A stretch of 64,000 nucleotides of DNA, taken from an uncultured Chloroflexia bacterium. GTDB taxonomy: Bacteria > Chloroflexota > Dehalococcoidia > DSTF01 > JALHUB01. The stretch spans positions 96,001 to 160,000 of the forward strand of contig CAVSBT010000037.1 in NCBI GenBank assembly GCA_963726245.1. The letters run 5' to 3'. Below are positions 10,695 through 30,478 of the stretch, one piece after another (the stretch's first letter is position 1; each line of letters starts with the position of its first letter). Both the position numbers and the translations under genes were made by a program. Under the pieces are notes generated by a model. The model did no database searches. It saw only the letters and a list, made by a program, of their open reading frames with translations, and was not told where the DNA came from.

Positions 10695-10904
10695 ATGTGG
10701 GATGCAGCACTGTATCTGGAATACGCCAGTCGTGAGCGGGTGAGAGAAGTGGCTAGAGAGACCCAAAGCGCCTGCCGGCCGTCGCGACCTTGCGATCTGC
10801 GTCGGCGTCTGGCTCACAGACTGGTCTCTTGGGGCCTCTACTTCGACCCGCAGGCCGATGGCTCACTGGTGTCTGGCGGCCGAACACGACCAGCGCCACG
10901 CTAG
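10695..10904 (+). CDS. Small hypothetical protein
   Basis: 69-aa ORF starting 2 nt after the TetR stop. Confidence 0.4.
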   Translation: MWDAALYLEYASRERVREVARETQSACRPSRPCDLRRRLAHRLVSWGLYFDPQADGSLVSGGRTRPAPR

Positions 10905-10981
10905 CCCGCCACGGGTGGCGCACTTCGTTGCCCCCCGGCGAAGTGCGCCACCCTTTTCTTTCGATTCGTGCCCCAATGTGT

Positions 10982-11009
10982 TGAAGGCCAGGCTTAAGCC
11001 TGGCCTTCA
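10982..11009. repeat. REP-like palindrome between convergent genes
   Basis: TGAAGGCCAGGCTTAAGCCTGGCCTTCA; related copies at 52785-52812 and 31105-31130. Confidence 0.7.
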
Positions 11010-11028
11010 TTGTCTCGTGGTTGCCGAT

Positions 11029-12303
11029 TCACGGGTATATGCCCCGCGCCCGCAGCGCCTCCGCCACGCGGCTAACGCCCAACATGTAGGCAGCCTGCCG
11101 TAGCGGCACTTTCTCGCGCTCGGCGCAGGCGATCGTCTCCTGAAAGCTGCGCACCATGAGGCGGTGCAGGCGCTGGTTCACCTCGGACTCCTCCCAGAAG
11201 AAGGACTGGAGGTCCTGTACCCACTCGAAGTAGGAGACGATGACGCCGCCGGCATTCGCCACGATGTCCGGCACCACCATGACCCCCTTCTCGGCCAGGA
11301 TGAGGTCCGCCTTGGGGGTTACAGGCCCGTTCGCGCCTTCGACCACGAGGCGGGCCCTTACCGCGAAGGCGTTGCCTTCGTGGACTTGTCCCTCCAATGC
11401 CGCCGGGATGAGGATGTCCACCGGCAGCGTCAGGAGCTCCTCATTGCTGATGCGGTCGCCGCCGGGGAATTCAGTTAGGGAGCCCCGGGCCCGCTTGAAG
11501 TCCCAGACCGCGTCCACGTCCACGGCCTTGGCATTATAGATGCCGCACCGGCTGTCGCTGACGGCCACGACTCGGGCCCCGGCCTGACAAAGAAGGCGGC
11601 CCGCCACACCGCCCACGTTCCCGAAGCCCTGAACGGCCACCGTGGTCCCTTCCAGAGGTATGCCCAGGTGCTTGCAGGCCTCCTGCACGGTGAAAAGAAC
11701 GCCGCGGCCCGTGGCCTCGAAGCGGCCGCTGCTGCCACCGATGCTCACCGGCTTGCCCGTGACCACGCCGGGCACCGAGTGGCCATGGTGCATGCTGTAG
11801 GTGTCCATGATCCAGGCCATGACGCGGGCATCGGTGCCCATGTCGGGGGCGGGTATGTCGCGCTCCGGCCCAATGAGGCCGCCGATCTCGGTGGCGTAGC
11901 GGCGCGAGACCTTCTCCAGCTCGCCCTCCGAGAGGGCACGCGGGTCCACCTGGACACCACCCTTGGCGCCGCCATAAGGAAGGTTGGCCACCGCACACTT
12001 CCACGTCATCCACATGGCCAGGGCCCGCACTTCGTCAAGAGAAACGGCGGCGTTAAAGCGGATGCCGCCCTTCACGGGGCCCCGCGCCTCGTTGTGGTGG
12101 ATGCGGTAGCCGGTGAAGACATGGATCGAACCGTCGTCCATCTTGACAGGAAAACGAACGACGAACTCTCGCTTGCAGGTGCGGAGGACCTGACACAGGC
12201 CGTCGTCCAGCCCTAGCCGACCGGCCACGGCGTCGAACTGGGCGAGAGCCATCTCGTAAGGGTTGTCAGGCCGCCTTTCGGCCTCAGGCGCAACTTGCGT
12301 CAT
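11029..12303 (-). CDS. gdhA: Glu/Leu/Phe/Val dehydrogenase (glutamate dehydrogenase)
   Basis: GPVKGGIR, MTWKCA, GGAKGG, PAPDMGT, QGFGNVG, EGANGP, VSYFEWVQ. Confidence 0.93.
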   Translation of the reverse strand: MTQVAPEAERRPDNPYEMALAQFDAVAGRLGLDDGLCQVLRTCKREFVVRFPVKMDDGSIHVFTGYRIHHNEARGPVKGGIRFNAAVSLDEVRALAMWMTWKCAVANLPYGGAKGGVQVDPRALSEGELEKVSRRYATEIGGLIGPERDIPAPDMGTDARVMAWIMDTYSMHHGHSVPGVVTGKPVSIGGSSGRFEATGRGVLFTVQEACKHLGIPLEGTTVAVQGFGNVGGVAGRLLCQAGARVVAVSDSRCGIYNAKAVDVDAVWDFKRARGSLTEFPGGDRISNEELLTLPVDILIPAALEGQVHEGNAFAVRARLVVEGANGPVTPKADLILAEKGVMVVPDIVANAGGVIVSYFEWVQDLQSFFWEESEVNQRLHRLMVRSFQETIACAEREKVPLRQAAYMLGVSRVAEALRARGIYP

Positions 12304-12406
12304 GCCGCCTTCTCCTTCCTGCTGGCCGAGACCGGGGGCAGGCAAGCCCGACTATCAGGCATCCTGGGCCACAGCCTTCTCTTCTGATCATCCATCCCTT
12401 CGGGGC

Positions 12407-12440
12407 AAAAGGGAAGGCCGGGGTCTGCCGGACCCCGGCC
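12407..12440 (-). terminator. Intrinsic terminator after rpoC
   Basis: Minus strand GGCCGGGGTC-CGGCA-GACCCCGGCC followed by TTCCCTTTT. Confidence 0.75.
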
Positions 12441-12467
12441 TGGCAATCTCCTGAGGGTCACCGGTAA

Positions 12468-20743
<8,276 letters not shown>

Positions 20744-20867
20744 AGCGACGCGCTCCTTAAGAGGGCCATCTAACCCCGCGGACTGCTGCAATCAGTAACG
20801 GGTCTTGACACTAGTCCTGCAATGGGGATTGTGAGGCAAGGGGGTTTCTGTCTAGCCGGCAATACGC

Positions 20868-20896
20868 ATTGTAGCAAACGCTACGTGGCGTGTCAA
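20868..20896 (-). promoter_or_regulatory. Sigma-70 promoter of rpoBC
   Basis: Minus-strand TTGACA (20891-20896)-17 bp-TACAAT (20868-20873). Confidence 0.75.
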
Positions 20897-20988
20897 CCAA
20901 ACAATTTATCACTATCTCTTCCCTGAAGTCCAGCTTTTTGCCGGCCGCGGGCATAATTCTTATGTCCGGTCCCATGGCACCGCCGCCG

Positions 20989-21016
20989 TTGACAGGGGGG
21001 ACCCATCGAGTATAGT
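20989..21016 (+). promoter_or_regulatory. Sigma-70 promoter of the mrr-like gene
   Basis: TTGACA-16 bp-TATAGT, then AGGAA before ATG 21059. Confidence 0.65.
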
Positions 21017-21058
21017 GGCCTCGCCCTGCAGGTTCAAAGGGCGGTAGGAGGAAAGGGC

Positions 21059-22019
21059 ATGACGCTCCCGGCTTACCACCACGTGGACCTGGCGTTGTTG
21101 CTTGAGCTCGTGCGTCGAGGGCGACCAGTCCGACCGGTCGAGACGTATGATAGAGTCTCGGCACACTTCCCGGCCTTGACCGACGACGACAAGACCCTGC
21201 TCCGCAAGGGTGGGCGCACACGCGTCTGGATCAACATGATTCATTGGGCAAGAGACCATCTGCGTGTACGAGGCCTCCTGGCGGATGCAGGCCCCGGGCT
21301 GTGGGCGCTAAACGACACCGCGCGGGGGTTTCTGCGGGAGCGCCTGCGGGAACGCAGCGTTGCCGAAGCGGACGCATTCATCAATTCCAGTGGGCACCTG
21401 CAGGATGTCCTTGGAACCGGCTGGGCAAAGCCTGTCAGGGCGAGGCCTCGACACGGAGAAGGTCCAGGCGATCCCTCAGGAAGGGAGGCCTCCCAAACCT
21501 TCTCCTGTGCTGGCAGCAGACACCGCTCCAAGAGCCCTGGCAGAGGCTCAGCAGGCTGAGATCATGAGCGTGCGGCAAGCCCTGCTGGAGCGCTTACTGG
21601 CCATGGATGAATATGAGTTCGAGAACGCGGTTGGCCGCATCCTAGATGCTCTGGGCTTTCGGGGAACCGAGGTGGTCGGCAGGCCAGGCGACGGCGGCTT
21701 GGACGTTCGAACGATTCTCAAGAACGAGCTTGTGTCGGCGACCGTCGCCGTGCAAGTCAAGAGGCAGCGCGCCAATGTCGGACCGAAGGAGATAAGCTAT
21801 CTGCGCGACAGGTGGGGCAGGAGAGCGGACAAACTTCTATTCGTCACAACATCCGACTACACTGCAGGGGCGAGAGAAGTGGCGAATGAAGAGGGCGCAA
21901 AGCCGGTCCAGCTCGTGACTGGTGACGAGTTGGCCGACTTGATGATTCGTAACCGTATCGCGGTCGCTGCCTACGCAGTCGAGCGTTTCGAAGTCGACGA
22001 GGAGTTCTTCCAGGGTTAG
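21059..22019 (+). CDS. mrr: Mrr-family type IV restriction endonuclease (one frameshift)
   Basis: N-terminal Mrr_N-like helix-turn-helix (WINMIHWARDHL..GL....GLWAL) and catalytic domain YEFE...PGDGGLDV...VQVKR...FVTTSDYT. Confidence 0.82.
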
Positions 22020-22036
22020 TACCGGGAAACGCTCCG

Positions 22037-22672
22037 ATGACAACCGCACCCACGTCCCCCATCCGCGGCCTCTACGTCATCGTTGACCCGGAGCAGACGC
22101 GGGGCCGCGACCCCGTCGAGGTGGCGCGACAGGCCCTGGAGGGCGGCGCCTCGCTCATCCAGTGGCGCGACAAGGCCCGCGACAAGGGGGAGCAGTTGCC
22201 CCAGTTGCGGGCCGTCCGCGACCTCTGCCGCCAGCACGGGGCCCTCCTCATCGTCAACGACCACGCCGACCTGGCCCTGGCCGCCGGCGCCGACGGGGTG
22301 CACCTGGGCCAGAAGGACCTGCCGGCCGCGGCCGTCCGCGCCTTCGTGCCGGCGGACTTCATCGTCGGCGTGTCCACGAACAACGTGGAGGAGGCCCGCC
22401 GCGCCCAGGCCGATGGCGCCTCCTACGTGGCGGTGGGCGCTCTCTTCCCCACGGCCTCCAAGTCGGTGACGCGGCCGGCCAGCCCCCAGCGACTGCGCGA
22501 GGTGAAGCGGGCCGTGTCGGTGCCGGTGGTGGGCATCGGCGGCATCAACGAGGGCAACATCGACGAGGTGCTGGCGGCGGGCGCCGACGCCGTGGCCGTG
22601 ATCAGCGCCGTCATCGCCGCCGACGACGTGCGAGAGGCGGCGGCGCGGCTGGCGGCGAGGTTCCAGTCGTAG
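22037..22672 (+). CDS. thiE: Thiamine-phosphate synthase
   Basis: IQWRDK, IVNDH, DGVHLGQKD, GVST, FPTASK, GIGGI. Confidence 0.92.
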   Translation: MTTAPTSPIRGLYVIVDPEQTRGRDPVEVARQALEGGASLIQWRDKARDKGEQLPQLRAVRDLCRQHGALLIVNDHADLALAAGADGVHLGQKDLPAAAVRAFVPADFIVGVSTNNVEEARRAQADGASYVAVGALFPTASKSVTRPASPQRLREVKRAVSVPVVGIGGINEGNIDEVLAAGADAVAVISAVIAADDVREAAARLAARFQS

Positions 22673-22802
22673 AGGCGGAGCTTTAGCTCCGCCCTGAGCC
22701 GGCGCGCCGACCCAGGAGGTTATCGACAAGGCAACCAGCCAGCCGTGGACGCCACGGGCTCCTCGTGGGTGAAGCACGTGGCGACCTGAAGGTCGCCGCT
22801 AC
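22669..22802. repeat. REPIN-like pair between convergent thiE and thiO
   Basis: GTAGAGGCGGAGCTTTAGCTCCGCC ... GTGGCGACCTGAAGGTCGCCGCTAC. Confidence 0.75.
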
Positions 22803-23919
22803 GATCCCTGGAACCGCGCCGGGCTGAAGGGGGAGAGCGCCTCCGCCTGCTTGCCTTCGAGCAGGGAGCGGGCCATGAGCTGCCCGGTGATGGGAGCGAG
22901 GAGGATGCCGTTCCGGAAGTGGCCGGAGGCCACCCAGAGGCCCTCCCATCCCGGCACGGCGCCCAGGATAGGGAGGCCGTCGGCGGAGCCGGGGCGCAGG
23001 CCTGCCCAGGCGTCGACGTGGGTGGCGTAGCTGAAGGCGGGCACCAGGGCGTTGGCCATCCTCCGCAGGGAAGCCAGCCCCCGCTTCGTGGTGCCCTTTC
23101 GATAGCCCACTTCCTCCACCGTGGCCCCCACGAAGACGAAGCCGTTGGGCTTGGGGACCACGTAGCCCTTCGGCCCCCAGACGATGTGGCGGACGGGCGG
23201 CGGGCCGCCGCCCAGGGCGAGCATCTGCCCTCGCACCGGCCTCACGGGCACCCGCACGCCGAGGGCCGCCGCCAGGCGCTTCGTCCAGGGCCCCGCCGCC
23301 AGGACGACGCTGTCCGCCGATAGCGTCTCGTGGGCCAGGCGAACGCCGGTGACCCGGTGGCCGCGGCGGAGGAGGCCGACGACAGGCGTCTCCTGTCGAA
23401 TGACGGCGCCCTGGGCCTCGGCGGCGCGGGCCAGGCCCTGCACCAGCTTGGCGGGGTTCACCTGGTGCTCCAGGGGCGAGTAGATGGCGCCACGCACGCT
23501 CGCGCTCAGCAGGGGCTCCAGGCCGCGGGCCTCTTCGCCGTCGATCCAGCGGACGCCCATCCCCAGGCGGTCCTGCCACTCGATCTGAGAGCGCAGCTCC
23601 GTCTCCTCGGCCTGCGAGAAGGCGACGCGCAGCATGCCCGAAGGCACGTACTCCACGTCGACGCCTGTCTCGGCGTAGAGGGCGTCGGTCAGCTCCGGGA
23701 AGAGGCGGTGGCTGGCCAGGCAGAGGTCCAGGAAGGCGCTGGGGCCGTGGGCCTCGGCGAGAGGCGCCAGCATGCCCGCCGCCGCGCCCGAGGCCTCGTT
23801 GCCGATGAGCCCCCTTTCGAGCACGACGACGCGGCGCGCCGCTCCCTGGACAAGTAATAGGCGATGGCGCAGCCGATGACGCCACCGCCGACGATGGCCA
23901 CGTCCGCGTCAGACGGCAC
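22799..23919 (-). CDS. thiO: Glycine oxidase (frameshift near the N-terminus)
   Basis: IVGGGVIG, ASGAAAGML, PVRGQ, WAGLRP, GHFRNGILLAP. Confidence 0.92.
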
Positions 23920-24132
23920 TCACCCTCCCCCGACCATGCGCACGATCTCCAGGGTGTCGCCGTCGCTCAGTTGCACAGAGGCGTAGTCCCTCCGGGGGAT
24001 GACGTCGCCGTTGTGGGCCACGGCCACGAGCCTCACGTCCACCTCAAGCTCCCTGAGGAAGGCGGCCAGGTCCGTCCCGGCGAGCGACTGCCGCTTCTCG
24101 CCGTTCACGGTGAGGGTGATCGCGGCTCGCAT
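23920..24132 (-). CDS. thiS: Sulfur carrier protein
   Basis: VNGE...VAVAHNG...EIVRMVGGG C-terminus. Confidence 0.95.
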   Translation of the reverse strand: MRAAITLTVNGEKRQSLAGTDLAAFLRELEVDVRLVAVAHNGDVIPRRDYASVQLSDGDTLEIVRMVGGG

Positions 24133-24133
24133 C

Positions 24134-24842
<709 letters not shown>

Positions 24843-24846
<4 letters not shown>

Positions 24847-25619
24847 CGCACCACCCCCTCGAGCGGGCTGCTGGCCGAGGCGTAGGCCTTCTTGGCGATG
24901 CGGCCCGCCAGGTACGCCTTGCGCCCGGCCTCGACGCCCAGGCGGATGGCCTCGGCCATGAGAGCGGGGTTCTTCGACTCGGCGATGGCGGTGTTGACCA
25001 GGACGGCGTCGGCGCCCACCTCCATGGCCAGGGAGGCGTCGGAGGGCACGCCGAGGCCGGCGTCGACCACCACCGGCACGTGCGCGTTCTCGATGATGAT
25101 CTGGATCTCCTCCAGGGTGAAGATACCCCGGCCGGAGCCAATGGGCGAGCCCAGGGGCATGACGGTGGCGCAGCCTATCTCCTCGAGCCGTCGGGCCAGG
25201 ATGGGGTCGGCGTGGATGTAGGGGAGGACGGTGAAGCCCTCCTTGATGAGGAGCTTGGCCGCCTCCAGGGTGCCGATGGGGTCCGGCAGCAGGTACTTGG
25301 GGTCGGGCACCACCTCCAGCTTCACGAGGTCGGAGCCGGTGACCTCGCGGCCGAGGCGGGCCGTCAGCAGGGCCTCCTCGACGGTGCGGCAGCCGGCGGT
25401 GTTGGGCAGGATGGTGTAGCGGCTCCAGTCGACGTAGTCGAGCAGGGTCTTCTGGCCGGGCTTGCCCAGGTCCAGGCGCCGGATGGCCACCGTGACCATC
25501 TCCGTGCCCGACGCGTCGAGGGCGGCCAGCATCTCGTCCACGCTGCGGTACTTGCCGCTGCCCAGCAGCAGCCGGGAGCGGAAGCGCCGTCCCGCGATGA
25601 TCAGTTCGTCATTTTCCAT
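24843..25619 (-). CDS. thiG: Thiazole synthase
   Basis: [40 protein letters not shown]. Confidence 0.96.
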
Positions 25620-25685
25620 GCAAGTTCTCCGTTCTACCTGACTTCATCTCAGTGATCAGGGGCAGGATGTTGGCACGCTGTGCTC

Positions 25686-26093
25686 TCATGACGCGAGCGG
25701 GCCAACAAGATGCACTATCTTGTCTACGAGAGTCGTGAGAGCCGCCGCAAAACCCACAAGATCCTTAAGGCGGGCAATGTGCGACTTGAGCCTGGACCGA
25801 CTAGGCCGGCCGGCTCGCAACTCCAAAGCGATCTCGTGGAGCACCTCTGCTGCTTCCAGCACTGCCTTCTCGATACCTGCATTGGCGGCGTTCAGCACTA
25901 TCTCGAACTGACCACTATCCACCGACACGTTTAGCTGGCCTGCCACGTAGGTGCCGATAGTGCTGCCTGTTCCGCCGCCCACAGCAGTCGACCGGTAGCC
26001 AGTCACGCTTACTTGGACGTTGAACTGGCGAGGGTTGGTACGGAGTGACTCAGCCAGGGCGTCGACCAGGGTTGCAGCTTCATTCTTGTTCAC
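25686..26093 (-). CDS. Orphan hypothetical protein inside the thi operon
   Basis: 135-aa intact ORF with AAGGGAG upstream; visibly more A/T-rich than its neighbours. Confidence 0.6.
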   Translation of the reverse strand: MNKNEAATLVDALAESLRTNPRQFNVQVSVTGYRSTAVGGGTGSTIGTYVAGQLNVSVDSGQFEIVLNAANAGIEKAVLEAAEVLHEIALELRAGRPSRSRLKSHIARLKDLVGFAAALTTLVDKIVHLVGPLAS

Positions 26094-26163
26094 TTGTCAT
26101 GCTCCCTTGCACGCCGAAGACTGAGGCGGTTTATTTCCCTCCCAATAGGTGGCACCCCGCCCC

Positions 26164-27517
<1,354 letters not shown>

Positions 27518-27581
27518 CTCTGTCTCCCTTCCGGCGCTCGCTCTCGGTAGCTGCAGGGCTTGTCGCCCGAAGAATCTGGCC

Positions 27582-27642
27582 GTAAGGACGGAGCTTCAGC
27601 TCGGTCCGCCCCCCGAGGACGGAGCTAAGGCTCCGTCCCTAC
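27582..27642. repeat. REPIN-like doublet (GGACGGAGCTnnnGCTCCGTCC family)
   Basis: GTAAGGACGGAGCTTCAGCTCGGTCC...GGACGGAGCTAAGGCTCCGTCCCTAC; same family at 30348, 52911 and 58334. Confidence 0.8.
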
Positions 27643-27658
27643 AACTGATTGTGCCCTC

Positions 27659-28688
27659 TCACGGCCGCACCACGGCACGCCCTACCACCTTGCCCTGGCG
27701 CAGGTCGTCGAGGGCGCGGTTGACGTCTTCCAAAGGTACCACACGGTCGATGGACGCGCGGATGCCGCCGGCCGCCGCCAGCTCGACGGCTCTGGTCAGC
27801 TCGTCCAGGGTATTGCCCACGGAGCCCATGACCTGCGCCTCCAGGACGACGAGCTGGATGGGGCTCACGGTCAGCAGGTCCTCCGAGTAGCCGATGAAGA
27901 CGAGTCGCCCCCGCTTGCGCAGGCTGGCCACCGCCTTCGGCATGGACTCGTTCGGTGCCGACGAGCTCGAAGACGGCGTCGGCGCCCTGGCCGCCGGTGA
28001 GCTCGCGCACGCGCGCCGGCACGTCCTCGCGTGTGGCGTCGATGGCGGCCTCGGCACCCAGGTCGCGGGCCAGTTGCAGCTTGGCCGGCGAGCGGCCGAC
28101 GGCGATGACGCGGGCGCCGGCCAGGTCGCAGTACTGGACAAGGGCAGCGCCCACGCCGCCGAAGCCGTAGACCACGGCCACCTCGCCGGGACCGAGCCGC
28201 GCCAGGCCGGCGGCATGGATGGAGGTGGTGGCGCTGCAGCCCAGGGTGGCCGCGTCCTCGAAGGGGAGGCTGTCCGGCAGCTTCACCAGGTTGCGGGCAG
28301 GCGCCTTCACGTATTCGGCCAGACCGCCGTCGGAGACGAAGCCGTACTCGGCCACGAGGGCGTCGCAGAGGTTCTCCTGGCCGGTTCGACACCAGTGGCA
28401 GACGCCGCAGCCAACGTAGTAGTAGACGATGACGCGGTCGCCGGGCCGGACGGAGGTCACCCCCGGCCCGAGCTCCGCCACCTCGCCCGCGATCTCGTGG
28501 CCCAAGGTCACGGGCGCCACTCCCAGGTTGAGCACGCCGCTCAGGAAGTGCAGCTCCGTGTGGCAGATGCCGGCCGCCTTCACCCGCACCAGGGCCTCGC
28601 CCAGGCCCGGCTGTGGGACGGGCACCTCCTCCAGGCGCAGGCTTTCGCCGGGGCCGTGGTAGCGGGCGGCGCGCATGGTCTCAGGCAT
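27659..28688 (-). CDS. Zinc-dependent (MDR) alcohol dehydrogenase (one frameshift)
   Basis: GICHTE, GHEIAG, CGVCHWCRTGQENLC, GFGGVG, GRAVVRP. Confidence 0.9.
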
Positions 28689-28701
28689 GGTTCGTCCCTC
28701 T

Positions 28702-29493
28702 CTAGAAGCCCTGCCAGAAGCGGAAGAAGTGGTGCACGGGCCCGTGGCCGTGCCCCACGGGATAGGCGCTCTGGAGGGCCTTGGTGACGTAGGCCTTAGC
28801 CATCGCCACCGCGTCGCGGACGCCGGCGCCCTTGGCCAGGCCGGCGGCGATGGCGGAGGCGAAGGTGCAGCCGGTGCCGTGGGTGCTGGTGGTGTCGACG
28901 CGGAGGGCCGCGAACTCGTGGAAGGAGCGGCCATCGTAGTAGAGGTCCACGGCCGGCCCGTCGCGGTGGCCGCCCTTCACGACCACGTGGCGGGCGCCCA
29001 TGGCGCCGATCTCCTCGGCCGCCCGGCACAGCTCATCGGGACCATCGAGCTTGCGGCCGACCAGCACCTCGGCCTCCGGGATGTTGGGCGTGACGACCAG
29101 CGCCAGGGGCAGGAGCAGTTCCCGCAGGGCGGCGATCGCCTCCTGCCGGAGGAGGGAGTCGCCGCTCTTGGCGACCATCACCGGGTCCACCACGAGGTTC
29201 GTGAGCCCGTGCTTGCGCACCCTGTCCGCCACGACCTCGATGATGGCGGCGTTGGCGAGCATGCCCGTCTTCACGGCGTCGGCGCCGATGTCGCTGACAA
29301 TGGCGTCGATCTGGGCCGCCACCAGATCCGCGGGCAGCTCCAGCACCTGGGTGACGCACTGGGTGTTCTGGGCCGTGATGGCGGTGATGGCGGAGGTGCC
29401 GTAGACGCCGAGGGCGGAGAAGGTCTTCAGGTCGGCCTGAATGCCGGCTCCTCCTCCCGAGTCCGACCCGGCGATGGTCATGGCCGTCTTCAA
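28702..29493 (-). CDS. thiD: Hydroxymethylpyrimidine/phosphomethylpyrimidine kinase
   Basis: IAGSDSGGGAGIQADLKT, DPVMVAKSG, TPNIPEA, HGTGCT. Confidence 0.96.
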   Translation of the reverse strand: MKTAMTIAGSDSGGGAGIQADLKTFSALGVYGTSAITAITAQNTQCVTQVLELPADLVAAQIDAIVSDIGADAVKTGMLANAAIIEVVADRVRKHGLTNLVVDPVMVAKSGDSLLRQEAIAALRELLLPLALVVTPNIPEAEVLVGRKLDGPDELCRAAEEIGAMGARHVVVKGGHRDGPAVDLYYDGRSFHEFAALRVDTTSTHGTGCTFASAIAAGLAKGAGVRDAVAMAKAYVTKALQSAYPVGHGHGPVHHFFRFWQGF

Positions 29494-29548
29494 AAGGGCC
29501 TCCCAACGAGCAGCGCCGCCGGGCTGCCGGCGGCGCTAGGTGTTCCTC

Positions 29549-29641
29549 ACATCCCTTCGCTGGCATTACCCAGGTCAGGTTCCGCGGTCGGCGGCGGACG
29601 GGCCGCCCTCTCAGCCGAGCTCCCTCAGCTCCCGCTGTCCC
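29549..29641 (-). ncRNA. TPP riboswitch
   Basis: Minus strand GGGAGC...GCTGAGAG...GACC...AACCTGACCTGGGTAATGCCAGCGAAGG, upstream of thiD. Confidence 0.93.
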
Positions 29642-29662
29642 TATGAGCTCTTGTCAACTCAT

Positions 29663-29691
29663 ATTCTATGATGGGCCTCCGGCGTAGTCAA
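29663..29691 (-). promoter_or_regulatory. Sigma-70 promoter of the thi operon
   Basis: TTGACT-17 bp-TAGAAT just 5' of the riboswitch. Confidence 0.75.
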
Positions 29692-29810
29692 TTTGCTCGT
29701 TCGGGGGCATCGCGCGGCCAGCCGGCGGAGCGACGATGCGAGGGTCCTGTGGAGCGGAGCGTGGTTGGGGGAGCCGGCGGAGCTGCTGGGGAGCCGACAG
29801 GCTCTTGGAT

Positions 29811-29868
29811 GTAGCGGAGGGCTTCAGCCCCCCACAGCGCCCGTGGCGACCTGAAGGTCGCCGCTACG
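29811..29868. repeat. REPIN-like doublet
   Basis: GTAGCGGAGGGCTTCAGCCCCCC...GTGGCGACCTGAAGGTCGCCGCTAC; second unit identical to 22778-22802. Confidence 0.8.
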
Positions 29869-30245
29869 TTGCTTCTCGGGAAGTCTCCGGCGAGGAAGCG
29901 TAGCCCATAAACGACCGGGCCACCACCGCCTCGACGAACTCGCCGACCAGGTCACCCTCTTGAGCCAGGAGCTCATAGATGGCTCGAACCGCCTCCTCGT
30001 TATCGGAGTGGCCGTTGAGGGCACCGGCGATGCGTCGAGAGCGGCGCAGGATCTCCTGCGCCTCGCGCCGCGTCGTCAGTCCGGCGAAGGCTGTGATGAG
30101 CCGAGGGTCTCCCTCACAGAGGGTCGTGGCCGACCACCTCCGGGTCGCAGTCGGTGCCGCGCCTGACGGTCAGGCGGGACGCCCGGCCGGCGGGCAGGAT
30201 CACCGAAGCTTGCTGCCACCTTAAGAGTAGGGCAGACCTCCCCAT
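29864..30245 (-). CDS. Hypothetical protein, frameshifted and absent from the ORF track
   Basis: Manual translation ...RLTVRRGTDCDPEVV/ATTLCEGDPRLITAFAGLTTRREAQEILRRSRRIAGALNG...EAT* needs one indel near 30130; start uncertain. Confidence 0.4.
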
Positions 30246-30347
30246 GATCCCACCCTCTGGAGCCCGTACATCGGCGCGACCGTTCCCCTAATCGGCTTGG
30301 CCGCGGCCCTGATAGACCCGCGACAAGCACGACACGTCCTCGAGGGG

Positions 30348-30375
30348 GCGGACGGAGCTGAAGCTCCGTCCTTAC
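30348..30375. repeat. REP-like palindrome
   Basis: GCGGACGGAGCTGAAGCTCCGTCCTTAC. Confidence 0.75.
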
Positions 30376-30478
30376 AGCGGATTTTCACACAGGTTCCGGC
30401 CGCGCTATGATGACGGCTACGAGCGGCCTGCAGCGCCCTCGGCCGCTTGCCGATTCGACCTGTCAGCAAGGAGGAACC

